A stretch of 64,000 nt of DNA from Turneriella sp. GTDB lineage: Bacteria; Spirochaetota; Leptospiria; Turneriellales; Turneriellaceae. Shown here one piece after another: positions 32,228 through 42,038 of this stretch. Made by a program: the position numbers and the translations under genes. The DNA is taken from contig CBDIID010000003.1 of assembly GCA_965279515.1 (NCBI GenBank), forward strand, positions 256,001-320,000, written 5' to 3'. The notes beneath the pieces are model-generated. The model worked only from the letters and a program-made list of their open reading frames with translations. It made no database searches and had not been told where the DNA came from. How positions within the stretch are numbered: the stretch's first letter is position 1; every line of letters begins with the position of its first letter.

Positions 32228-32599
32228 ATGAAATTGATCCGTTTAATTTTTTTCGCCCTGGCGGCGGTATTCGCTGCGTGCAGCAATTTACCCCCCGACG
32301 ATGCGACATCTTTTAAGGCATATCCGAATCCTTATAACCCGGCAGCGGGCAATCTGACTCTGGAGAAAACCAGCGGTGCGTTCACTGGAACCGACCACCA
32401 TGATCTCGTGGTGTTGGATTACAACCTGACAGAAGTTTATCGCACGACGGCGACCGTTACAGCCGGTAAGATTTCATGGCCCGGCATAGACAATGCGGGC
32501 ACAAAGGTCGCCCCGGGCGTGTATTATGTCAAAGTGATTTCGAACACGACGACGGGCGTTGAAGGTGCCGACTCCATGTTCAAGTTGATTGTGCAATAA
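32228..32599 (+). CDS. Lipoprotein with a FlgD-Ig / secretion C-terminal-domain-like fold
   Basis: Lipobox FAAC; AYPNPYNP, WPGIDNAG, GVYYVKV and terminal KLIVQ. Confidence 0.72.
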   Translation: MKLIRLIFFALAAVFAACSNLPPDDATSFKAYPNPYNPAAGNLTLEKTSGAFTGTDHHDLVVLDYNLTEVYRTTATVTAGKISWPGIDNAGTKVAPGVYYVKVISNTTTGVEGADSMFKLIVQ

Positions 32600-33657
32600 T
32601 GAGGCTCCATATGAAATCAGTATTAATTATCGTTCTTTCACTGCTTCTTGCTCTGCCTGCATTTGCTGTAACATCTTCCGCCGAGTTTTTGCAAAATGGT
32701 TTCGGCGCCAAGAGCGCGGGTTTGGGCAATGCGTATGGCGTCGTGGTTTCTGACCCATCGGCGGTCTACTGGAACCCGGCGGGCCTCGCGCAGATTTATA
32801 CCGAAAAGCGCATCACGCAGACGGTAGAGGCCCCGAAAGGTTCAGAGAAACCCGCGGGTGACGATGAGGAGTTCAACAAGCTGCTCGACGACCAAAACGC
32901 CTCGGGCAGCAAAGAATCCAAGATGGTTGAGATTACCGAGCGTGGCATGCAGACCCAGCTCAACGCTTCGGCCAGTTATCTTTCAAATGGTCGCCTGATG
33001 TATTTCGGCGCGGCAGGCATGACTCTGGGCAATGGCGGTATCGGTGTGGGTTATGGCGGCAGCCGTGTCGGCAGCATCTCGGGTTATGACTCTACAGGCG
33101 CATCGACAGGTACACAATCAGCCCTGTCGCATGTGGCATACGTCGGTTATGGCTGGGGCACAGGGCCATTGCGGCTAGGCATCAGCGGTTTCGGTGTGCG
33201 TGAAGATTTGGGCGGTGGCGCTGTGAACGGTGGCGGCATCAATGTCGGCGCGCAACTGGTAGTACTCCCTCCGCTTTTGTCTGTCGCAGCCGATATCAAG
33301 AATCTTGCCGCGATACAGAACCGCACTGGTGGCGGCTTCAAAGACATGGGTAAGCTCGATACGATGTTCAGCTTTTCGATGCAGATTCAGGCACCGCCGC
33401 CGAACTCGAATTTCAAACTGATCATCGGTTTTACTGCCAACCTCGACCGGCCGTCGGGCGACGGCGTAAAACTCAACATGGGCATGGCCTACGGTTTCAA
33501 TAAATACATGTATGCGATGTTGGGGCTCAATGGTTCCAAGCCGGCAATTGGCCTCGGCGTGAACGTCGGCAAAACCTTCCACATGGCTGTTTCAGCCAAC
33601 CGCGATGTGTTAGGCCGCGAGTTCCAGTACTTTGGCGAGTTAAACTTCGCCTTTTGA
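32599..33657 (+). CDS. PorV/UPF0164 (FadL-like) outer-membrane barrel
   Basis: GAKSAGLGNAY...DPSAVYWNPAGL hatch motif; terminal Phe. Confidence 0.75.
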   Translation: MRLHMKSVLIIVLSLLLALPAFAVTSSAEFLQNGFGAKSAGLGNAYGVVVSDPSAVYWNPAGLAQIYTEKRITQTVEAPKGSEKPAGDDEEFNKLLDDQNASGSKESKMVEITERGMQTQLNASASYLSNGRLMYFGAAGMTLGNGGIGVGYGGSRVGSISGYDSTGASTGTQSALSHVAYVGYGWGTGPLRLGISGFGVREDLGGGAVNGGGINVGAQLVVLPPLLSVAADIKNLAAIQNRTGGGFKDMGKLDTMFSFSMQIQAPPPNSNFKLIIGFTANLDRPSGDGVKLNMGMAYGFNKYMYAMLGLNGSKPAIGLGVNVGKTFHMAVSANRDVLGREFQYFGELNFAF

Positions 33658-34470
33658 TTGTTTAAGATTCCCGATCTCTGGGGAGTGATCAATCTCACTC
33701 CCGATTCCTTTTTCAGCGGCTCACGTGCCAGCGTGTCTGAAGCGGTGGCGCGTGCGGCAGCGATGCTCGAAGAGGGCGCACAGGTCATTGACGTGGGTGC
33801 CGAAAGCACCAGGCCCGGCGCAGAAACGGTTTCGGCCGAAACCCAGATCGCAGCGCTGAAACCCTTTCTGCAAAGCTGTATATCCGCCCTGGGGCCTGAA
33901 ATCACCGGCAGGATTTCTATCGATACGCGGGATCTCGCCGTGATGCAGCTTTGTATCGATAGCGGTGTTGGTTTTATCAATGATGTCAGCGGTGGCAATC
34001 CCGAAGTTTTTGAGCTGGTGGCGGCGACAGGTGTAGGTTATGTTCTTATGCATACAAAGGGTGTGCCCGCAAATATGCAGGCCGCGCCCACATACCAGGA
34101 TGTCGTCGCTGAGGTGGAGGGCTTTCTTTTGGAGCGCACGGAGCAGCTCATGGCAGCAGGCGTCAGAGCCGGCCAGATCATCTGGGACACTGGCATCGGT
34201 TTCGGAAAGACCGTGGCGCACAACCTGCAATTGATTGCGGCTCACCCGCGCTTCAGGGCGCATGGCCACCGCATTTTGGCAGGGGTATCACGAAAGTCCT
34301 TTATCGGTAAAATATTGCAGCAGGATCGCCCCGAAGACCGGCTTATCGGCACGCTCGCGGCGCAGGCGTATTTAACTTTACGTGGTTGCGACATTTTGCG
34401 CGTTCACGACGTGAAAGAAATGGCCGAATCTCTGAAGGTCATCAGCGCGATTACAGAACATGAACTTTAG
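33658..34470 (+). CDS. folP: Dihydropteroate synthase
   Basis: NLTPDSF, GAESTRPG, SIDT, INDVSG, GIGFGK, GVSRKSF and LRVHDV. Confidence 0.96.
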   Translation: MFKIPDLWGVINLTPDSFFSGSRASVSEAVARAAAMLEEGAQVIDVGAESTRPGAETVSAETQIAALKPFLQSCISALGPEITGRISIDTRDLAVMQLCIDSGVGFINDVSGGNPEVFELVAATGVGYVLMHTKGVPANMQAAPTYQDVVAEVEGFLLERTEQLMAAGVRAGQIIWDTGIGFGKTVAHNLQLIAAHPRFRAHGHRILAGVSRKSFIGKILQQDRPEDRLIGTLAAQAYLTLRGCDILRVHDVKEMAESLKVISAITEHEL

Positions 34471-35221
34471 CCCGCGTGATATTTTAGATATTGTTCTCGT
34501 GACGCTGGTCGTCTATTACGGCTACCGCCTCGTGCGGCAATCGCGCGCCGTACCCATTTTAGGCGGCGTAGCACTGTTTGTTGCGCTGACATTTCTCAGC
34601 CACCGCGGCCAGCTCGAAACGCTGAGCTGGCTGTTCGATTCGATCTCCGCGTACTTTGTCATTGCGATCCTGGTTGTTTTGCAGCCCGAACTGCGCCGCC
34701 TGTTTTACCAGATCGGGCAGGCGCGCTGGTACCGCACACTGATTCAGGTACAGCAGGTGCCGGTGGATGAAATCGCCACTGCAGTCAAACAGATGAGCGA
34801 TGCAAAATGCGGCGCCATCATGGCGATCGTCAATAAGGTCGGCCTCAAACAATACAGCGAATCAGGCGTACAGATTTCAGGCCGCATCTCGCGTGAATTT
34901 CTCGTTTCGATATTTTTCGGTAAGAACCCGCTGCACGACGGCGCCGTCGTGATCGAAGGACAGAATATCGTCGCGGCGGCATGTTATTTGCCCATGAGTA
35001 CATCCGCAGAAGTGAAACGCTCGTACGGTGCGCGACACCGCGCTGCGCTCGGTATTTCAGAAGATTCCGATGCCTTCGTGATTGTGGTTTCAGAAACCAA
35101 TGGTAAGGTTTCGCTCTCGTTTCTCGGCGAAATGAAAGAAAATATCGACCAGGCGCGCCTCCGGAAATTTCTCATTGCCTTTAACCAGAACAATCTCGTC
35201 GAAGAGTGGAGAGCTGCATGA
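34460..35221 (+). CDS. cdaA: Diadenylate cyclase CdaA
   Basis: TM helices, QPELRR, PLHDGA, GARHRAALG and VVSE. Confidence 0.94.
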   Translation: MNFSPRDILDIVLVTLVVYYGYRLVRQSRAVPILGGVALFVALTFLSHRGQLETLSWLFDSISAYFVIAILVVLQPELRRLFYQIGQARWYRTLIQVQQVPVDEIATAVKQMSDAKCGAIMAIVNKVGLKQYSESGVQISGRISREFLVSIFFGKNPLHDGAVVIEGQNIVAAACYLPMSTSAEVKRSYGARHRAALGISEDSDAFVIVVSETNGKVSLSFLGEMKENIDQARLRKFLIAFNQNNLVEEWRAA

Positions 35222-36243
35222 TTCTCCGTATCATCCGTTATATTTTTATCGACGACTATCTCGCGAAACTGATTTGCCTCGCGATCGGCACGGGGCTCTG
35301 GTTCTATGTCGAATTTGCCCGCGTTTCGCAGACCACGCTCAACATCGGCGTCGAATATATCAAGAAGCCGGCGAACCTGTTTTTCAAACAAGGCCAGCCG
35401 CGGTTTGTAAAAATCATGGTGCGCGGCCGGGATGAATTTTTGAAGTTTTCCACGACAGGCATTAAGGCCGAAGTCAATCTTGCGGCCGCGCAGAGCGGCG
35501 AGGCAAAATACCCGCTGATTTTCGACGCCCGGCAGTTGCCCGAGCGTGTCGAGATCGCGCAAAAACCGGATGTGATTACCGTCGCGCTCGAAAAAGGCGC
35601 GGCGAAGCGTGTGCCGATCCGCGTTGTCACCAATGGCAATCCCGATGCCGCATGGAAGGTACAGAAGGGCACAGCGACGCCGCGTGAAGTGGAGATCGAT
35701 GGCCCCGAAGCGATGATTGCCAGCCTCACAAGTATCGATACAGAACCCGTCGACGTCGAAGGTGCGGCGCGTGGCTTTACCCGCAAGGCCAACCTGCGCA
35801 TTCCCGACCAGATTTCGACCGATAAGATAAAAAATGTCAACGTGCGGATCGACCTCGTGCCCAAGACATTCAGCGAAGAGCAGCAATTTGAGCAGATTCC
35901 TCTCAAGATCCAGAACCTCGACGCCGCTTTAGATGCCGCGCTTTCTGACGCGACGGTGCAGGTACTGGTGCAGGGTGAGGCCGGGGCCGTTAAAAAACTG
36001 AAAAACTCAGAGATCTATGTCTATGTCAACGCCGAAGACACGCGCTATAATTCGCGCACCGGCAATATCCTGCCTTATGCCAATGAATCCGGAGTTCCCG
36101 TGAAAGCGCGGTTGCTCTCGGGCAACAAGAAAGTGCAGATCATGTCCGTGACTCCCGACAAAGTGAATATCCGCTTTACCGTCAAACCAGACTATGTGAA
36201 AAAAAGTGCGCCTGCACCCGCACCGACACCTGAAGGAAACTGA
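35218..36243 (+). CDS. cdaR: CdaR/YbbR-domain protein
   Basis: KLICL...LWFYV anchor and YbbR-like repeats; coupled to cdaA. Confidence 0.85.
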   Translation: MILRIIRYIFIDDYLAKLICLAIGTGLWFYVEFARVSQTTLNIGVEYIKKPANLFFKQGQPRFVKIMVRGRDEFLKFSTTGIKAEVNLAAAQSGEAKYPLIFDARQLPERVEIAQKPDVITVALEKGAAKRVPIRVVTNGNPDAAWKVQKGTATPREVEIDGPEAMIASLTSIDTEPVDVEGAARGFTRKANLRIPDQISTDKIKNVNVRIDLVPKTFSEEQQFEQIPLKIQNLDAALDAALSDATVQVLVQGEAGAVKKLKNSEIYVYVNAEDTRYNSRTGNILPYANESGVPVKARLLSGNKKVQIMSVTPDKVNIRFTVKPDYVKKSAPAPAPTPEGN

Positions 36244-36968
36244 TGCCAAATAAGCTGAATCTGGGAATTAATATCGACCATGTAGCGACACTCAGGAATG
36301 CGCGCGGTGAGAATGATCCGGCACTGATTGAACTGGCGCTTGTCGCGCAAAACGCCGGCGCTGACCTCATCACGATACACCTGCGTGAAGACCGCCGCCA
36401 TATCCGCGACGCCGATGTCTTTGACCTCAGGAAGAATCTCAAGATTCCCATCAATTTTGAAATGGCGCTTTCTGAAGAAATTCTGAAAATCGCTCTCGAA
36501 CTCAAACCCGCCACAGCCTGCATCGTGCCTGAACGCCGTGAAGAAATTACCACGGAGGGTGGTCTCGACGTCGCGCATAACAAGGCTGCCGTGGCATCGT
36601 TTGTAGAACGGCTACAGGCGGCCGCTATTGAGGTTTTTCTTTTTATCGAGCCCGACACGACGATGGTCAAGCTGGCGCAAGAAGTCAAAGCCCGCGGCAT
36701 CGAGTTTCACACCGGCGCGTATGCGCGCGCCTTCACCAACCTGCCGGCAAGGAAAGCTGAGATAACCCGGCTCATGAAAGCGGCGGCGCTGGCCGAAAGC
36801 CTGGGACTCGAAGTGCACGCAGGCCATGGCCTGAACTACTTCAATGTCGCTCCTGTCTGCGGGATTCCCCAGGTGCGCGAACTCAATATCGGCCACGCGA
36901 TCATCGCGCGCAGTCTTGTCACAGGACTTGCCGCCGCCATCCGCGACATGAGAACGGCGATGTCCTGA
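36243..36968 (+). CDS. pdxJ: Pyridoxine 5'-phosphate synthase
   Basis: NIDHVATLRNARG, HLREDRRHI, TTEGGLD, HAGHGL and ELNIGH. Confidence 0.97.
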   Translation: MPNKLNLGINIDHVATLRNARGENDPALIELALVAQNAGADLITIHLREDRRHIRDADVFDLRKNLKIPINFEMALSEEILKIALELKPATACIVPERREEITTEGGLDVAHNKAAVASFVERLQAAAIEVFLFIEPDTTMVKLAQEVKARGIEFHTGAYARAFTNLPARKAEITRLMKAAALAESLGLEVHAGHGLNYFNVAPVCGIPQVRELNIGHAIIARSLVTGLAAAIRDMRTAMS

Positions 36969-36969
36969 C

Positions 36970-38796
36970 ATGGGTTATTCCACTCTTGCCGAAGCAGTCC
37001 TCGATCTCCAAAAAGCCGGCAAGCTCGTCTGTATCACCGAAGAAATCAGCAGCAATCTCGAAATGGCTGCGGTGCACCGCCGCGTGCACGCGCAGGGCGG
37101 GCCTGCGCTGCTCTTTGAGAATGTCAAAGGCGCAGCATTTCCCGCGGTTTCAAATCTCTTCGGCACGGCTGACCGTACGCAGTATTTATTCCGCGATGTA
37201 CTGGCGCAAATCAAAGATGTATTCAGGCTCAAAATTAATCCGGCGCTGGCACTGAAGCCGCGCATTGCCCTGAACGCCGTAAGAGTAGGGGTGCACGCCC
37301 TGCCGCGGAAGACATTCCTCACCCCCCGATTTACACCAGCTGACCTCGAGGAAATTCCCGTGGTAAAATCATGGGCAAAGGACGGCGGCAATTTTATTAC
37401 GCTGCCGCTGGTCTATACCGAACACCCCGATCATCCAGGCATCATGCGCTCAAACCTCGGCATGTACCGCGTGCAGACCGACGGCAATGAGTATCAGCCG
37501 GGCAAGACCATGGGCATGCACTACCAGCTGCACCGCGGCATCGGTATTCACCACACAGCGGCAATGCAGCGCGGTGAGCCGCTCAAGGTCAGCGTGCTTG
37601 TCGGTGGTCCACCGGCGCTGATGCTGGCGGCCGTGATGCCGCTGCCTGAGAACATCAGTGAACTGCTCTTTGCTTCGATGCTCAACAAAAAATCCTTCCG
37701 TTACAAAAATAATTTTGGTTTCCTGTATTCGCCTCAGGTGGATTTCCTCGTTCACGGCGAGGTGCACGGGAATGAAACCTTGCCCGAGGGACCGTTCGGC
37801 GACCATCTCGGTTATTACAGCCTGACACATAATTTTCCCGTGCTGCGCGTGAAACGTATTCTGGCGCGGCGGCGGCGCGCAATCTGGCCCTTTACTGTCG
37901 TCGGCCGGCCGCCGCAGGAAGATTCCGAGTTCGGCCGGTTGATCCATGACCTGACGGATGACCTCGTGCCGAAGGAGATCCCCGGTGTTCTGGCCGTGAA
38001 TGCCGTCGATGCTGCCGGCGTGCACCCGCTGCTCCTGGCATTGGGTTCAGAGCGTTATTTGCCCTATGCGGAAAAGAAGCCGCGTGAAATTCTCACCCAG
38101 GCCAATGCGATTCTGGGGTTTAACCAGATGTCGCTGGCAAAATATCTTTTTATTACGGCAGAAGAAAAGCGTAAGGATCTCTCGGTGCACCGCGTGCCCG
38201 AATTTTTGCGCTACATTCTCGAGCGCGTCGATTTCACCCGCGACCTGCATTTCCAGACGCGCACGACGATGGATACGCTCGATTATTCGGGCACGGGCAT
38301 CAACGAGGGGTCAAAACTCGTCGTCGCAGCTTACGGCGAGAAGCGCCGTGACCTGGCGGCCGAACTTCCTGGGAAGGGGATATCCCGCTATAATTTCCGC
38401 GACGCGCGCATGGCGATGCCCGGCGTGCTGGTCGTGCGCACCAGTGCGTTCAGGGATTACAAAAGCGCCGAGTTTGAAATGCGTTCGGTGGCTTCGGCAG
38501 CGCGGCCGCTCGCCGATATGGGCATTGCGCTGATTGTCGTCGCTGACGACGCCGAATTCGCGGCTAAAAATACGGATAACTTTCTTTGGGTGACTTTCAC
38601 ACGTTCTGATCCCGCGCGCGACATCTATGGTGTGGAGAGTTTCACGGAACACAAACACTGGGGTTGCAAGGGCAGTCTCATCATCGATGCGAGAACCAAA
38701 CACCACCATGCGGGAGTTCTCACCGAAGACCCGCAGGTCTCGGAACGTATCAACCGCTTTTTCCGCCGCGGTGCATCGCTCGAAAAGTTATCCTGA
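36970..38796 (+). CDS. UbiD-family decarboxylase
   Basis: GPALLFE, NLGMYR, EGPFGDHLGYY, VVGRPPQED and DTLDYS. Confidence 0.92.
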   Translation: MGYSTLAEAVLDLQKAGKLVCITEEISSNLEMAAVHRRVHAQGGPALLFENVKGAAFPAVSNLFGTADRTQYLFRDVLAQIKDVFRLKINPALALKPRIALNAVRVGVHALPRKTFLTPRFTPADLEEIPVVKSWAKDGGNFITLPLVYTEHPDHPGIMRSNLGMYRVQTDGNEYQPGKTMGMHYQLHRGIGIHHTAAMQRGEPLKVSVLVGGPPALMLAAVMPLPENISELLFASMLNKKSFRYKNNFGFLYSPQVDFLVHGEVHGNETLPEGPFGDHLGYYSLTHNFPVLRVKRILARRRRAIWPFTVVGRPPQEDSEFGRLIHDLTDDLVPKEIPGVLAVNAVDAAGVHPLLLALGSERYLPYAEKKPREILTQANAILGFNQMSLAKYLFITAEEKRKDLSVHRVPEFLRYILERVDFTRDLHFQTRTTMDTLDYSGTGINEGSKLVVAAYGEKRRDLAAELPGKGISRYNFRDARMAMPGVLVVRTSAFRDYKSAEFEMRSVASAARPLADMGIALIVVADDAEFAAKNTDNFLWVTFTRSDPARDIYGVESFTEHKHWGCKGSLIIDARTKHHHAGVLTEDPQVSERINRFFRRGASLEKLS

Positions 38797-38856
38797 TGCG
38801 ACATAACACTGGCCGGAATCTTCAATTTCAGCTCTGTCAAAACCCGATACTCGTAT

Positions 38857-39018
38857 GTGGCGCAGATAGAGGAAAAGAAACAGACCGATACAAAACTCCT
38901 TGATCTGGAGAAGTACCGTCTCAAGCTGAAGCTCAAAGATGCGGGTGTCGAGTGGCATGAAGACCAGCAGGGCAAATTCAAAATCTGGGTACGCCTTGCC
39001 ACAGCCACTGCCCGCTGA
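38857..39018 (+). CDS. Small hypothetical protein (53 aa, MAQIEEKK...ATAR), below the ORF-track cutoff
   Basis: GTG-start ORF with host-like codons that fills the gap between the UbiD and NUDIX genes. Confidence 0.55.
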   Translation: MAQIEEKKQTDTKLLDLEKYRLKLKLKDAGVEWHEDQQGKFKIWVRLATATAR

Positions 39019-39030
39019 TTTCAGTCCTTG

Positions 39031-39471
39031 ATGTTCGGGTTTAAGCCGAAAAAACAACATAAAAATCCCGTCCCGACAGTCGATATTATCATCGAAGTCA
39101 AAGGCGGCATCGTGCTCATCGAACGCAAAAATCCGCCGTATGGCTGGGCTATCCCCGGCGGTTTTGTCGATTACGGCGAAAGTTTAGAAGACGCGGCACG
39201 GCGCGAGGCTGAAGAAGAGACGAGCCTCAAGGTAAAACTCAAAGAGCTGCTCTATGTCTATTCGAACCCCGCGCGCGATCCACGGCGCCATACGGTATCC
39301 GCGGTTTTTACCGCGACCGCAACGGGAACTCCCACCGCGGCCGACGATGCAAAGAATCTGAAAATCTTTAAACCCGGGGCTTTCCCGCGCGAGATGGCAT
39401 TTGACCATGCGCAGATTCTCGCAGACTATCTCAAATTCAAAAAGACGGGCAAAATACCGAAGCCGGGCTAA
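39031..39471 (+). CDS. NUDIX hydrolase
   Basis: [22 protein letters not shown]udix box; RDPR and AFDH. Confidence 0.93.
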   Translation: MFGFKPKKQHKNPVPTVDIIIEVKGGIVLIERKNPPYGWAIPGGFVDYGESLEDAARREAEEETSLKVKLKELLYVYSNPARDPRRHTVSAVFTATATGTPTAADDAKNLKIFKPGAFPREMAFDHAQILADYLKFKKTGKIPKPG

Positions 39472-39473
39472 CC

Positions 39474-40073
39474 ATGATTTCAGGGAAAAACATTTTTCCG
39501 GACGGGAATCGCCTGTTCGCGGAATACCTGGGGAAATTCAATGACGTCAAAATCCTTCCCGAGACCACGGCCGAGATTGCTTTCATTGGGCGCTCCAATA
39601 GCGGTAAATCATCGCTGCTGAAAGCCATTCTAAACTCGCCTAAAATGCCGCAGGTGTCATCGAAGCCCGGTAGTACGCGCCTCATCCATCTCTACCAGAT
39701 GGCAGGCGGCGCCACGCTCGCGGATTTTCCCGGTTACGGTTATGCGAAGAGCTCGCAGGTTTTCCGTGCGCGTTTCACGGCGATGCTCGTACATTACCTG
39801 AATTCGAACCGCGCGATCAAGGCGCTCTGCCTGATGATGGATTCGCGCCGCCGGCCTGAAGAAGAGGAAGAACAGATCAGTCGTATAGCCCAGGAGCGCC
39901 GCGTGCCGCTGATTCTCTGCCTGAATAAAGCCGACCAACTCAACCAGTCCGAGACAGCAAAACTCATCGCCTCGTACAAAAACGAAAAACAGTTTTTTGA
40001 GATTGTTTTACTCTCTGCCCAAAAACGCCAGAATCTCGATTATCTGCGAAATTATATTGCGTCGCTGGCGTAG
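39474..40073 (+). CDS. engB: Ribosome biogenesis GTPase YihA/EngB
   Basis: GRSNSGKSS, DFPGYGYA, NKAD and LSA. Confidence 0.92.
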   Translation: MISGKNIFPDGNRLFAEYLGKFNDVKILPETTAEIAFIGRSNSGKSSLLKAILNSPKMPQVSSKPGSTRLIHLYQMAGGATLADFPGYGYAKSSQVFRARFTAMLVHYLNSNRAIKALCLMMDSRRRPEEEEEQISRIAQERRVPLILCLNKADQLNQSETAKLIASYKNEKQFFEIVLLSAQKRQNLDYLRNYIASLA

Positions 40074-40083
40074 ACCAAAATAG

Positions 40084-40166
40084 ACCGCAGAGTACGCGGA
40101 GTGGCGCAAAGTTAAGATTTATTTTTTCTAACTTAGTCTCTGCGAAACTTCGCGTCCTTTGCGTTT
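40084..40166. repeat. Intergenic imperfect inverted repeat of the (CGCAGAG)n...(CTCTGCG)n type
   Basis: ACCGCAGAGTACGCGGAGTGGCGCAAAG...CTCTGCGAAACTTCGCGTCCTTTGCG. Confidence 0.6.
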
Positions 40167-40217
40167 AAGGTTCAGCTGCTCTTATTTACATCCTGTACGC
40201 AAATAAGATTCTCCCCT

Positions 40218-41123
40218 ATGAAGATTGAGACGGCGATTACCCGTATGCTGGGCATCGATCTGCCGATCATCGGCGCGCCGATGTTCCTGGTGTCTTATCC
40301 CGACCTGGTCTGTGCCGTCTCGAATGCCGGTGGCATTGGCAGCATGCCGGCTCTCAACTATCGCACCACCGACGAGCTCAAAGCAGGTCTCACAGAGATT
40401 CGCAGCCGCACGACGAAGCCGATCGGTATCAATCTCATACTCCATAAAGAGCATAACCCGAACTGGATGAAGCAGTTCGAGATCTGCCTCGAGTTCAAAG
40501 TAGAACTCCTCATCACTTCACTGGGCAGCCCACGCACTATTATTAAGGAGGCAAAATCTGTCGGGTCAAAAGTGTTCTGCGACATCACAACGCTGAAACA
40601 TGCTAACATCGTAGCCAAGTCGGGCGCCGACGCGCTCATTGCAGTGGCGCAAGGGGCAGGGGGCCATGCCGGGGCAATCAGCCCTTTCGCCCTGATTCCG
40701 TATCTGAAAACCGAGATCCCTGAAGTGCCTGTCGTGGCCGCCGGCGCCATTTCAACGGGCAAACAGATGGCAGCCGCCCTTGCCCTGGGCGCCGACGCCG
40801 TCTATGTCGGCACCCGGCTCATCGCCACCCCCGAGGCCCAGGCCTATGCGGAGTACAAACAGATGCTGATCGATTCAGCACCTGAAGAAATCATCTATTC
40901 GCCGAAGATCTCGGGAATTCCCGCGAACTGGCTGAAACGCTCGCTCGACAAACTCGATCCCGACTTCAAACCGGATACCGGGCTTTCGGTCGAAGCCAAG
41001 TCATGGAAAGAAGTCTGGTCTGCGGGCCACGGTGTTGCGCAGATTACGAGCGTTGAACCTGCTGAAGAAGTGATCCGTTCTATGGCGATCCAGTATTTAG
41101 ATACGAAGAAGAATTTACCCTAA
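40218..41123 (+). CDS. Nitronate monooxygenase-family flavoprotein
   Basis: PIIGAPMFLVS, GAGGHAG, AAGAI, YVGTRLIAT and WSAGHGV. Confidence 0.9.
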   Translation: MKIETAITRMLGIDLPIIGAPMFLVSYPDLVCAVSNAGGIGSMPALNYRTTDELKAGLTEIRSRTTKPIGINLILHKEHNPNWMKQFEICLEFKVELLITSLGSPRTIIKEAKSVGSKVFCDITTLKHANIVAKSGADALIAVAQGAGGHAGAISPFALIPYLKTEIPEVPVVAAGAISTGKQMAAALALGADAVYVGTRLIATPEAQAYAEYKQMLIDSAPEEIIYSPKISGIPANWLKRSLDKLDPDFKPDTGLSVEAKSWKEVWSAGHGVAQITSVEPAEEVIRSMAIQYLDTKKNLP

Positions 41124-41968
41124 TGCCACTCGACCAGGAATTCGAAGATAAATCGGCCAAGGCTGCGAATGCCGGCATAAAACAGCTGCGCGAGGACCAG
41201 GGCTATATGCCCATGAGTGCCCACCTCGGCGAACTCAGAAAGCGCCTGATGCGTGCGGCGTTATGGATAGTGGCGTTTTCAACGGCAAGTTACTTCTTTT
41301 ATAATTTGGTTTGGACCTTCATCATGGGGCCAGTCGCTGAACTCATCCGCAAATCAAGGCTGCCCGATATGCCCTCGGTCAAAATCATGACCACGCGCCT
41401 CGGCGACAACTTTGCCATTGAGTTCAAGATACTGCTGCTGGCAGGGTTCATCCTCGCATTTCCATTTATCATCTTCGAGATCTGGCGTTTTATCACGCCG
41501 GCGCTGTCAGCAGGCATCCGCCGCTGGGGCAGTATTATTCTTTTGTCGTCGGTAGCCTTGTTCTGGTGCGGGGTGCTTTTCGCGCGGCTCGTGACCTGGG
41601 GTACCGTGGCGGATTTCCTCGTGTTCCAATGGCTACCGCCGCCGATTGTACTGTCGGCCACCGAGAGCGTCAGGCCCGAGATTAACCTGACGATTGCGGA
41701 TTACCTTTCTTTCTTTACGGGTTTTCACCTCGCGTTCGGCCTGAGCTTTCAGCTGCCGATCGTTTCGGTACTGTTGGGGTCGATTGGTGTGATCTCGAGC
41801 GGCCTGTTTTTGCGATTCTGGCGCCATGCCATTGTTGCGCTCTGCCTGTTTTCTATCGTTGTGATGCCGCCCGATGTCTTTGCCATGCTTACGCTGATGG
41901 TGCCGATGATGGGGTTATATTTTCTCTCAGCGTTTCTGGTCTGGCTCATTGAGCGGCGTAAAGAATAG
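41123..41968 (+). CDS. tatC: Twin-arginine translocase subunit TatC
   Basis: HLGELRKRL, WRFITPAL, FGLSFQLP and MPPDVF. Confidence 0.92.
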   Translation: MPLDQEFEDKSAKAANAGIKQLREDQGYMPMSAHLGELRKRLMRAALWIVAFSTASYFFYNLVWTFIMGPVAELIRKSRLPDMPSVKIMTTRLGDNFAIEFKILLLAGFILAFPFIIFEIWRFITPALSAGIRRWGSIILLSSVALFWCGVLFARLVTWGTVADFLVFQWLPPPIVLSATESVRPEINLTIADYLSFFTGFHLAFGLSFQLPIVSVLLGSIGVISSGLFLRFWRHAIVALCLFSIVVMPPDVFAMLTLMVPMMGLYFLSAFLVWLIERRKE

Positions 41969-42006
41969 CCCGTGCTGTTCATTGGGCTTTCCGGGCATAT
42001 TTCATG

Positions 42007-42034
42007 ATGTGACATAAGATACCCTATATGTTGT
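42007..42034. other. attL: dif-like junction (one canonical arm, one degenerate arm)
   Basis: ATGTGACATAA-GATACC-CTATATGTTGT; shares GACATAAGATACC (42011-42023) with 48407-48419. Confidence 0.8.
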
Positions 42035-42038
42035 AGTT

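Noticed and set aside
34984..35886. 300-aa minus-strand ORF
   Set aside because: Antisense shadow of cdaA-cdaR in GC-rich DNA, with no motifs.
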